Below, one piece after another: positions 51,042 through 61,258 of a DNA stretch of 61,258 bases. The stretch is from Phoronis australis (Eukaryota; Animalia; Phoronida). The notes beneath the pieces are model-generated. The model saw only the letters and a list, made by a program, of their open reading frames with translations. It was not told the DNA's origin and searched no databases. Where the stretch lies: contig NMRA01000770.1 of assembly GCA_002633005.1 (NCBI GenBank), positions 96,163 to 157,420 on the forward strand. Direction: 5' to 3'. The first letter of the stretch is position 1. The number at the start of each line of letters is the position of its first letter. Both the position numbers and the translations under genes were made by a program.

Positions 51042-51236
51042 CATATGGTGACAATTTGTCCGGCGTCCAGCGAAATATCGTGAAGTTGTGCAATAAACAG
51101 GGTCGAGACTGCCGTATTAAGAGCTGTTGCGTCCATATTCACCGTGGCGCCAATAGGGACTGTGAATCTGGTCACTCTGCGGTCTATACCGAGGTTGTCC
51201 TCAAGACACTCCAGCGTGGCGGGGATGGTAGCGGCA
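51042..51236 (-). CDS. SLC1A: SLC1A exon (HP1b-TM7)
   Basis: [51 protein letters not shown]; family NMD motif; canonical splice sites. Confidence 0.92.
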
Positions 51237-53093
51237 CTAGGAAGACATACATGTACACGTAGGTTAAATTAGGCGAAACAGTCTCTTATTCGAATCCCAA
51301 ACTGCAAATTCCAAATGCCATTTGTTCCAATCTGAAACATATTTTACTCATTTAGAAAATCATTTTCGACGCATTTTTGATGAAGTTTGGTGATCTACAC
51401 GTCTCTTAAAAACATCTACGTGCAAAATGTTAAAATTACGTCATCGACAATTGTAGTGTTTTCACGGTAAGAAGCCCAAGGGATATTCTGGTACAATTTG
51501 GAGAGATACTGTACATGAAGGACGCGACGCTCAGATAAGCGACTTTTAACGACCAGTTGCCCTGCGAAAGGACGTCTTTTCGGATCAAAATCTATACGAA
51601 ACCCTGCCTGTACAAACAAAAATCCTACAAAAGTTTATTATCGAGATTACCATTCCATAATTGTTTCGGTTTTTAACTACAAAAGAGCCTTCAACGTCAC
51701 CAATATTTTGAAAACTTTCGTTGCAAATGATAGTTTCATTCTAATACCGAATGACGTCACTGGCACAAAACTCTACAAACGGGGTGATTGTTTCACAAAA
51801 TCTCCCAAAACATGACTCCTTTTCCAGTCCACTCTCTAATTAGTGGTTATCCTAATTTTCTAGCAGTAAGCCCATTAAGAATATTAACAAGTACCCCTCA
51901 GGGTGGGGTAAAGTTGACAGAGCTTCCGCCAATCAGACGCTGTATAACGGCGACGTCAACACAGTAACAAGAAATTGTTATTGCTTTTGGTACAGTTTCG
52001 AGGGAGATTTGATGCTTGCAAATTCAAGACTTGACTGCACTGAGCTATATCCGTCGTCAGGCACTTAGTCGGAAACTTGTTTTTTTCCANNNNNNNNNNN
52101 NNNNNNNNNNNNNNNNNNNNNNNNNNNNNNNNNNNNNNNNNNNNNNNNNNNNNNNNNNNNNNNNNNNNNNNNNNNNNNNNNNNNNNNNNNNNNNNNNNNN
52201 NNNNNNNNNNNNNNNNNNNNNNNNNNNNNNNNNNNNNNNNNNNNNNNNNNNNNNNNNNNNNNNNNNNNNNNNNNNNNNNNNNNNNNNNNNNNNNNNNNNN
52301 NNNNNNNNNNNNNNNNNNNNNNNNNNNNNNNNNNNNNNNNNNNNNNNNNNNNNNNNNNNNNNNNNNNNNNNNNNNNNNNNNNNNNNNNNNNNNNNNNNNN
52401 NNNNNNNNNNNNNNNNNNNNNNNNNNNNNNNNNNNNNNNNNNNNNNNNNNNNNNNNNNNNNNNNNNNNNNNNNNNNNNNNNNNNNNNNNNNNNNNNNNNN
52501 NNNNNNNNNNNNNNNNNNNNNNNNNNNNNNNNNNNNNNNNNNNNNNNNNNNNNNNNNNNNNNNNNNNNNNNNNNNNNNNNNNNNNNNNNNNNNNNNNNNN
52601 NNNNNNNNNNNNNNNNNNNNNNNNNNNNNNNNNNNNNNNNNNNNNNNNNNNNNNNNNNNNNNNNNNNNNNNNNNNNNNNNNNNNNNNNNNNNNNNNNNNN
52701 NNNNNNNNNNNNNNNNNNNNNNNNNNNNNNNNNNNNNNNNNNNNNNNNNNNNNNNNNNNNNNNNNNNNNNNNNNNNNNNNNNNNNNNNNNNNNNNNNNNN
52801 NNNNNNNNNNNNNNNNNNNNNNNNNNNNNNNNNNNNNNNNNNNNNNNNNNNNNNNNNNNNNNNCTGTTTTGTAAAGGTTAGATCTGAGGCGTTTAAACCC
52901 AGACTGGTTTTGTTACATTGTTTGGGCAATAAAGGTAAACAAGATTGTACTAATTTAACCATCAGCTGGTTGCGTCCGATTTGATTTGGCAATGATGAGT
53001 TCCATGAAAACTGATGTAATCCTTGCACGTGCGCAGAAATAATTTTCGGGAGTCTGAGATCAGATGTAGTACAATCCTAAAAAGTCCACTTAC

Positions 53094-53220
53094 CACATAA
53101 TCAGATGGACCAGTTTCATGATAACATCGTTCATCTCGCAGAAAATCTTTATCGTCATTTCCGGTCTCGTTTTCAGTTTTGTCATTATTATACTAACAAC
53201 TATGGTAAAGGATATGATAC
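53094..53220 (-). CDS. SLC1A: SLC1A exon (TM4c-TM5)
   Basis: GIISFTIVVSIIMTKLKTRPEMTIKIFCEMNDVIMKLVHLIMW; ttgcag acceptor, GTAAGT donor. The following TM5-TM6-HP1 exon(s) were not found and probably lie in gap 52090-52863. Confidence 0.85.
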
Positions 53221-55063
53221 CTGCAATTAACGAAAATATCATTATCAGAAACGACACCACCACCGGAGGTTACACCCTTTGTCAGGACAAACAATAATGC
53301 ACATAAACAGTACAACGTTTCGAATTGTTCCGTAACCTTCATCAGTGGGCATTGCACCATGAAAAAATACGTTTAAAAGCAAAAAACCAAATTGCTTGGC
53401 CTAGTGTCACCCTCGTTTATTGTGCTTACGGAACAAAGTGAAACGCCTGTCACGTGCTCACTCTACAATATGTTGATGAATTGAATCATCAAAGTTATAG
53501 TCGTTTAAGGACACCACCTCCGATGGTTACGCCCATAGTCAGTACAAACCATAGTGCACATGGACGGTATAGCATTTCGCATTGTTCGGTAATCACCAGT
53601 GAGTCAGGCACAATCAATCAAACAATACAAGTTTTAACTCGTATATGGTGTAACCATATTTTTTGACTGATGATGCTGGTCGCATATTTACTGTACAGTC
53701 TGATCATAAGTTTAATCATCCCATATTTTTGTCAGGGTGTGAAAGCGATATTTACGGCTACATTAATTCTACTTCGTTCAGTTAACAAAGAATTCTCTCG
53801 CATAATACAAAACCTTCCACTAATCATCTAACCACTTCGTGCACACGTGACACATGTTACGTCAGAGTTAACTTACAAAGCAAATGAATCGCTAACTTGC
53901 TTCCGTAAAACTTCAGATAACGCTGCTCAAAATCTTGGCTATAGTATCGAACCCAGACTCTGTTGGCATTTTACCAAGACCCAGTCGAAAATACATTACA
54001 ACCCCTTCCGGTCGATACCAGTTTTCAAAGACCTGACATCAAACTTCCTTCAGTTAATCATCAGGTTCAGTCTTTTGTCCGATGTTACGACTCAATCACA
54101 TTGAATGAATACACTACTGTGAAAACACATCGACTGAAAACTGTTGTCAACAAATACTGTACAATCCAATCGCAGTGTTTTGGCCAACTTTGTCATGTGA
54201 TAACAGTGGCCAATCTTACCGTGGCATATCAGCTGATTGCTTTGACTCTTCAGTTAAGAACTTGAACCATGTTTAAATTGACATCTTTGCAAGGCTAAAG
54301 ATGGCCTTGAATATTTATAAGTAGGTTGACCTTATCATTGGTTGACAAACGAAGAATAAGACGCCAGAGACCTACACCAGACTCAAATGCTACAAAAATA
54401 TAAAATCTGGATTCTGGACTATCGTTTATCGCCAATAGAGCGAAATGCGCAACCTGTGAGGGCCATTAAGATGCGAAAAACTTTGGTAAGCCAGTTGCCA
54501 AAACCCTGGATAAAACCAAATAGAAGGCGACTGGTAGGACTTGTGTCATTTGCAAATACAAAAAAAATCATGAATTCACCAAAAAATTATGAAAATGTCT
54601 TGCAGGTGACTGTTTTCAGCCTTCCAAAGTCGCCTGGCGTGAGTTCGGTAAGGCGAGTTTCTTGTGAGTTCGGCGAAATCGCGCACGCGTGAGGTAAGAT
54701 GAAACGAGGGAAAGGCGGCTGAACGCACTAGCGAAGATTTAACAAAACGCTACCTTGGAACGATTGAATTATGGGAGTAAATGGGTAGTTCTTATATGCC
54801 AATCAAATGATTATTTCCGGTTGATCAGGGTGCACGAACATTGTCCACGATAGTCCGCCTTCTTGTGCCCCATAAAGATGATACATATGTACGGTGCTCT
54901 ACAGTAGGTGCCCTTTTAGGTCCACATAAATGATACACGGAGATGGACATTGGTAGGAATTGTCTATTCACTGTTTAAGTTCCATACATCGAGATTTCTG
55001 AACGCAAGTTTTTCGCAAGCAATCAAGATTATGGAACGAAACCCCTGTTCCTGTACTAATTAC

Positions 55064-55248
55064 CGAGAGTATTAGTCCCGTTTTGATATTCCAACTTTCG
55101 ACTTTTATTTTCTTCCGTCCTGTTCTCCAGAGAACTGTTGGACTTGACGAGTTGGCCGCTATCGTCTTTCTGCTTTCCTGGCGCTGCTTGGTAGGTTGTC
55201 CTCTGGCTCCGGAAGCTTGCTTCGAACAAATTCTCCGGAAATAAATTT
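55064..55248 (-). CDS. SLC1A: SLC1A exon, copy 2 (duplicate; probably alternate haplotype)
   Basis: Near-identical 185-nt exon with intact splice sites inside the duplicated block. Confidence 0.6.
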
Positions 55249-56568
55249 CTGAAGTGGAAATACGAGAACACAGCAATCCTAAAAAGCAACCTTTGACCTT
55301 TGGTAGACAAATATTTGGTAAAAGGAAAAGAAAAAGTGTAATTCTTAATACATACATGTATTTTCTAAAAGGATATCAAACACTGTTTTTGCCTATTAAC
55401 GTGTATTGGTTCTCTGAAACAAAATATTACTCTGTAGCCCTCAACAACCGTTAAACGTTTGCATCAAAGTTTGAAAACTCATTACAAAGACTGATAAATA
55501 TGCAAGCGTGACTAGCGCTTTAGAAGAGTTACACAACAANTTTCAGAGACCTGACATCAAACTTCGTTCAGTTAATGATCAGGTTCAGTCTTTTGTCCGA
55601 TGTTACGACTCAAACATTAATTACGTATCACATTGAATGAATACACTACTGTGAAAACACATCGACTCAAAACTGTTGTCAACAAATACAATCCAATCGC
55701 AGTGTTTTGGCCAATTTTGTCATGTGATAACAGTGGCCAATCTTACCGTGGCATATCAGCTGATTGCTTTGACTCTTCAGTTAAGAACTTGAACCATGTT
55801 TAAATTGACATCTTTGCAAGGCTAAAGATAGCCTTGAATACTTGTAAGTAGGTTGACCTTATCATTGGTTGACAAACGAAGAATAAGACGCCAGAGACCT
55901 ACACCAGACTCAAATGCTACTACAAAATATAAAATTTGGATTCTGGACTATCGTTTATCGCCAACAGAGCGAAATGCGCAACCTGCGAGGGCCATTAAGA
56001 TGCGTAAAACTTTGGTAAGCCAGTTGCCAAAAACCGAGATGAAACCAAATACAAGGCGACTGGTAGGACTTGTGTCATTTGTAAATACAAACCAACTCAT
56101 GAATTCACCAAAAATTTATGAAAATGTCTTGCAGGTGACTGTTTTCAGCCTTCCAAAGTCGCCTGGCGTGATTTCGGTAAGGCGAGTTTCTTGTGAGTTC
56201 GGCGAAATCGCTCACGCGTGAAGTAAGATGAAACGAGGGAAAGGCAGCTGAACGTACTAGCGAAGATTTAACAAAACGCTACCTTGGAACGATTGAATTA
56301 TGGGAGTAAATTGGTAGTTCTTATATGCCAATCAAATGATTATTTCCGGTTGATCAGGGTGCACGAACATTGTCCACGATAGTCCGCCATCTTGTGCCCC
56401 ATAAAGATGATACATATGTACGGTGCTCTAGGTGCACATACACGGAGATGAACATTGGTAGGAATTATTTATTCACTGTTTGCGTTCCATATCTCGGGAT
56501 TTCTCAACGCAAGTTTTTCGCAAGCAATCACGATTATGGAACGAAACCCCTGTTCCTGTACTAATTAC

Positions 56569-56753
56569 CGAGAGTATTAGTCCCGTTTTGGTATTCCAAC
56601 TTTCGACTTTTATTTTCTTCCGTCCTGTTCTCCAGAGAACTGTTGGACACGACGATTTGGCCGCTGTCGCCTTTCTGCTTTCCTGGCGCTGCTTGATAGG
56701 TTGTCCTCTGGCTCCGGAAGCTTGCTTCGAACAAATTCTCCGGAAATAAATTT
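56569..56753 (-). CDS. SLC1A: SLC1A exon (NLFPENLFEASF and extracellular loop), copy 1
   Basis: RNLFPENLFEASFRSQRTT...YQNGTNTLG; tttag acceptor, GTAATT donor; phase 2 to 1. Confidence 0.85.
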
Positions 56754-56862
56754 CTAAAGTGGAAATACGAGAACACAGCAATCCTAAAAAGCAACCTTTG
56801 ACCTTTGGTAGACAAATAATTGGTAAAAGGAAAAAAAAAGTATAATTCTTAATATATATTTT

Positions 56863-57210
56863 CTAAAGGGATATCAAACACTGTTTTTGCCTATTAACAT
56901 GTATTGGTTCTCTGAAACAAAATATTACTCTGTAGCCCTCGACAACCGTTAAAAGTTTGGATCAAAGTTTGAAAACTCATTACAAAGACTGATAAATATG
57001 CAAGCGTGACTAGCGCTTTAGAAGAGTTACACAACAACTATAGGGAAAGGCCACCAACTAAGAACACTAATGTGCAATTTGTGACTCGGAGAGAATGGAT
57101 TTGTACTTGAATCCTGCTCTTAATATTAAAGAGAGACGCAAGTAATGCATTATGAGGTGACAGAATGAGGATTCGTTGAAACACCGAAACAGGGTTTAAT
57201 ATCCTTTTAA
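56863..57210. mobile_element. Short TIR element (Kolobok-like MITE); diverged relative at about 50543-50840
   Basis: ggatatcaaacactgttt versus aaacagggtttaatatcc; shared internal sequence ttctctgaaacaaaata. Confidence 0.6.
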
Positions 57211-58029
57211 TTAAAGGTGTATTGAGCTTTGCGATGGGTAACTGTATGCAGTATGCAGTTTATTCCAGTGAACTGGTCCGCCGGACCTTGTTACAAAACG
57301 ATAGAAAGTAAAGGTAAGGTGGCCACAGAGTTAACCTGGTTGAAAACTAAACACTGTTCTCGTTCCCTTTTACATGAATAATAAATATTTTTTCAGATAC
57401 GACACATTTCAATTTGGTTTTCCATTCTCATCGTGGTTACGAATTTGTCTACACTTGATGTGACATAATATCTTTCAGTAAGACAGTCGTCCCTTAGATC
57501 ACTGTAAAGGGAGATTACGAGCAACAACACTGCATCCGTTGTTTGTAATACAGGTTACCCCTCCAAAACCTGCATCTTTGCCTGTTCTACCATCAGTTAA
57601 TATCCTCGTTTAATTTACTTAACAAAACTTCAATAATTCCTTACCAGACACATTTCAATCACCCTGACCATGACTTATTTGGACACAAAACAATACCATC
57701 CACACAATTCTAGGTAATTAATTAAAGACATTATTGACGTTAGAAAAATATCTCCTATTGTCGAACTCAATGAAATCCGGGATTGTCTCATTAAACGGTA
57801 TTATTAAACATACAAAAAGCACTGTGTCCATAGGAGTTCGGGGAGACCGGGCATCCTCACTCACCCGGAGGTTTTCATGGCGCAATGGAGGAAAAAGCGC
57901 AAAGCGGGGCGTTGAAATGCGTCCACGGGAATGCACCGCAAACGGCGTGCTTCTAGAGGCGTTTATGTACCATAAAAAGACGTGAAACACGTAAAACCCA
58001 CCCGAAAACCCAAAAACTTATTCATTTTC

Positions 58030-58703
58030 AAATAGGAAGCTATTAGTCAAATTTCATAAAAATTCGTCAAGTCTTCAGAGGAGCCAGGAAAACGCAAATA
58101 ATGAGATTTCTACTAGGGGGCACAGCGTTCGTCGGATCAGTCTGAAAGTCGTCGTCCATTGCCCAAATTCATATATATTAACTTGCTAAATTGAAGAAAG
58201 ATCCGAAGTGGATTTAGGAGATACGGCTATGGGCGCAAAAACAAAACTGCCACTAGGTGGCGCCACAGTAGTTGAAGTCAGAAAATCATTGGCATCCACA
58301 TATGGCAATTTTTTCAATCACCCTTAGAGTGATTTGATTGATAGAGGAGCAGACGCAAAAAAGACTCGAAAACAGTAGAAATATGGCCACTAGGTACCGC
58401 AAAATACCTTGAATGCATCCCAAAACGGAGGGATAGCGTCATCTCACCAATAGATGCCTATGTGCCAAATTTCATGACAATCTGTTGAAGTTTTGAAGAT
58501 ACTGAACTAAACGTAAAACATTAAACAGCCACTAGGGGGCACACCGGTAGATGGAGCTGTCCGAAATTCGCCGTCATCCGTTGTCAGCTTCATAGAAACA
58601 CATCTTTCAAATTTCATCAAGATCCTGTGTCGGCGGACGTCGGACGCTGAGACAGAGATGACTGCAGAATGCATACACATATAAATATGTGGCGCATAAT
58701 AAA
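58030..58703. repeat. Degenerate repeat with a period of about 140 bp carrying CCACTAGGKGGC motifs
   Basis: Motif at about 58111, 58250, 58388 and 58530, interspersed with AAATTTCAT-like motifs. Confidence 0.6.
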
Positions 58704-58861
58704 AGGTGCCCTCTACCCAACGGCCTATTGAATGTAAAACCGCACTTTGGTTATGTCGCTACAGCCGCGCCTGCACGGCGTGTCGTGCGGGAGGTAGCTG
58801 GGCAAAGTCAGGCGGGGAATTGCGAGGCGGACGTGTAACATAACTTTGGTTATCACCTTAC

Positions 58862-59078
58862 CTAATCGCGTCCAGAAAAGCATCCAGGGAGTCCAATGAC
58901 TTGGAAGAATCAATCAGATGGACGTCCTCTTCAACATGTTCTTCGCTTTTACTGCCGGGGCGGATTGCCAAGGCAAATACTATTCCCAGTATAGTGGCCA
59001 CGACTGTTGTCGATATGTAGAAGACCAGCACCCGAAAACCAAGTTTTCCCAGTGAGCCGGGTGTGAACTTAGAAATAC
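58862..59078 (-). CDS. SLC1A: SLC1A/EAAT-family transporter, internal exon (TM3-TM4a)
   Basis: ISKFTPGSLGKLGFRVLVFYISTTVVATILGIVFALAIRPG...DAFLDAIR; ctgtag acceptor, GTAAG donor. Confidence 0.9.
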
Positions 59079-59518
59079 CTACAGTGATAGAAAATAACAA
59101 GATGACCTGTATTATGATAAAATTTGTTTTTGAGCCACTCAATGTAAAGTATTGTTACTTGAACCTGGTCTTCTGAACTACGTGTGCACCTAATTCCTAG
59201 ATCCTCGGAGACTTCCTGCCTCCTTCCGGCAATGGAATGATGGCGGAAACTCCGGCCACGTGAGTTCTCCTTAGTCTGGAGACATTGTCAACACTATTAT
59301 TCCATGCAATTTGAATCTGGCGTCACCTAGAGTATTGAGTTTTTTGCGCTTGGATGTAGATAGGCTCCTATGACCCTCTATGGACATTTTCTCTCTCCAC
59401 AAGATCTCCACATTTTAATTGCTAAACTCATTAAACTCTTCCACCAGCATCTCTTCTATGTTGGTACACACACTTCTTGAGAGTTTGTTCAGTTGTTTCA
59501 GAAATGCCTTCTTGTACG

Positions 59519-59668
59519 CCTGGCGTGCGTTCAGAAAAGCTAGGACCTGCGCTAGAACCTACATAAAATCTAGCCCAAACCACGTGATCTCATTTAAAAT
59601 ACACGGCAATATCTCACGTAATCTCGCGATGTCTTACTTTTTAGCGAGGTCCTAGCGTTACTGAACGG
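59519..59668 (-). mobile_element. Short MITE, same family as 13564-13698
   Basis: Reverse complement aligns along its full length. Confidence 0.75.
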
Positions 59669-61082
59669 GTGGAACGGGAGGTAGGTACGTCTGTCAAAAC
59701 CCAGTGAGCAGGCTACTGCAGACACATAACAAACCGATTGTACATTTGTCCCGCCTCGTCAATTCACCGACACTTAACAATGACACTCGTGGACATTGAC
59801 GTTCGGGTCTTCAACGTCAATCGCCTGATAGATGGGGTTTTGACGAATATTGTACAAGGGGTGAGTGTTTACATGCCACCATAGATGCCACTGATGCACA
59901 GTAGTGGAATCACCTACTTTGAAACCCTGTCAAGCTGCAGTCCCCAAAGTTGCCTAGTGCTGCCATCTACATGTATAAGTAACGAACAGCCTCTTATGCA
60001 AATGGGACAAGTGAATTAGTCCAATTACCATTTGGTCGAACACTAGTGGGATGTACGTGATCTTAAAGGTACATGTAAATGCTAAACCCGGCCGACGGAA
60101 CAATCGATAGATATCGAGTTAGGTTAGAGGCTCGTGGTTTCACCCAGCATCAGGGTGTAGATTATGATAAGACATACATGTAGCCCCAACCGTCCAGAGA
60201 AAGTCACTTAGAAGTCTTAGAATGTCATTTGGCACCCCTATGTCCTATTTACGGCTAACTGCATCATTATTGACTCATATACATGTAGAACTGGTAGAAC
60301 TTCTTTCCTATAAATTTATTTTTGCGAATGCTTGGATTAAAAACGTTTCAAGACATGGTAAAATAAATGTAAATGCATCGTGAAACACACATACGTACGC
60401 ACGCACGCGCAAAAAGTATAAAACAACATGTCTTTGATGTTTTAGTCAGTGCAAGGCATAATTCGCCGAAAAGCTTCCAGCATATGAAGCTCCTATAGGA
60501 GCTCCACAGTTTGCAGAGACAATGGTCACTGTCTACATCTTGTTATAAAAATACGATTAGGAAAAGATGCTCAATTTTGGCCAACTTCAGAACATCATAT
60601 CTCTGAAGTAGCAGAACGAATTCAAAGAAACAGATATTATGCGTTATGTATTGGTCTCGAATACTAGTAGGAATTGTTTTTAAGGTGTTCCACTTTTACA
60701 CGAGGAGCTGTCAAAAGTAGAACCTATGACTTTTGAAAAACCTTTAAACATTGCATTAAACGAAAACGAAATGATAATTTGGACAACTGTTGCGGCGTTT
60801 TTGATTTTTTTTCTTGAACATTTCATATGCACTTTGGTCATGAAATTGATCCTGTTGTTTTGCCTCAAATGTATCTTTACTAAAACGTATGGTCACGTGA
60901 CCTTACGTACGGCATAGTGGTATAGATTAAACAATCAAACTCAACGGAATTTCTGTTTCCAGGAAATATTTACTCTTGCTGAGTTTGTAGATATTAGGCT
61001 GAATGTACTGTATTGTATTTTGTCATACATTGTCATAAATTATCATACATTATACATTATACATTCCAATGTTCATTTACAG

Positions 61083-61165
61083 CCACTGAAGCTCACGATG
61101 ATGATGGCTTGCCGCATACATTGGAGCACCTCGTATTCATGGGAAGTGAAAAGTATCCTTTCAAG
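61083..61165 (+). CDS. Internal exon of an M16 (insulinase/presequence-protease-like) metallopeptidase
   Basis: ATEAHDDDGLPHTLEHLVFMGSEKYPFK with the HXXEH inverted zinc motif; ttacag acceptor, GTATG donor. Confidence 0.88.
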
Positions 61166-61258
61166 GTATGCAGCCGTTCAGGTCATAAAAGCCTAGTAAC
61201 GTGCAGTTATTATTAGTTAATCGATGTTGCTGTAAAATTCAGTTGGTATTAACAATAC

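Larger units (their letters stand above)
54023..57037 (+). repeat. Direct duplication of about 1.5 kb (54023-55539 and 55541-57037)
   Basis: The copies abut exactly at the single N at 55540. Confidence 0.92.

Noticed and set aside
52016-53028. Long ORFs of 265-323 aa
   Set aside because: Artefacts of reading through the N gap.
54387-56221. Duplicated plus-strand ORFs of 101 and 122 aa
   Set aside because: No recognisable domain; they recur only because of the block duplication.
59780-59861. Possible first coding exon of the M16 peptidase (MTLVDID...QG|gtgagt)
   Set aside because: The donor phase (0) does not match the phase-1 acceptor at 61083, and there is no family motif.
60420-60540. 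Minus-strand KLFGELCLAL as the missing SLC1A TM2 exon
   Set aside because: Similarity is too short, the following LPL motif is absent and the splice sites are unconvincing.
1-61258. CRISPR array, rRNA or prokaryotic operon
   Set aside because: No repeat-spacer pattern or rRNA-like sequence; the gene structures are spliceosomal.

Overview
Repeat-rich animal genomic DNA, probably from a marine invertebrate (inferred from GT-AG introns and the transposon set). The assembly has gaps and several single-N joins. Genes reconstructed by hand: (1) a head-to-head pair of paralogous genes for secreted Cys-rich proteins of a family I cannot name (minus 1-5398; plus 6381/7988-13465); (2) a TRIM-type RING...NHL gene broken by an N join (30577-31387); (3) a minus-strand SLC1A (EAAT-family) transporter, incomplete at its 5' end, with unusual substitutions at substrate- and ion-coupling residues (46356-59078); (4) one exon of an M16 (HXXEH) metallopeptidase (61083-61165). 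The rest is mostly mobile DNA: a 3.1-kb CAC-ended element with convergent relics of a RAG1-N-terminus/Chapa-like gene and a C2H2 zinc-finger gene; Kolobok-type THAP elements, including a nested foldback composite; a hAT-like element with 5-bp TSDs and its MITEs; a palindrome carrying hammerhead-ribozyme motifs; a tRNA-derived SINE; a Tx1/L1 fragment; and microsatellites. Two apparent tandem duplications abut single Ns and are probably unmerged haplotypes.
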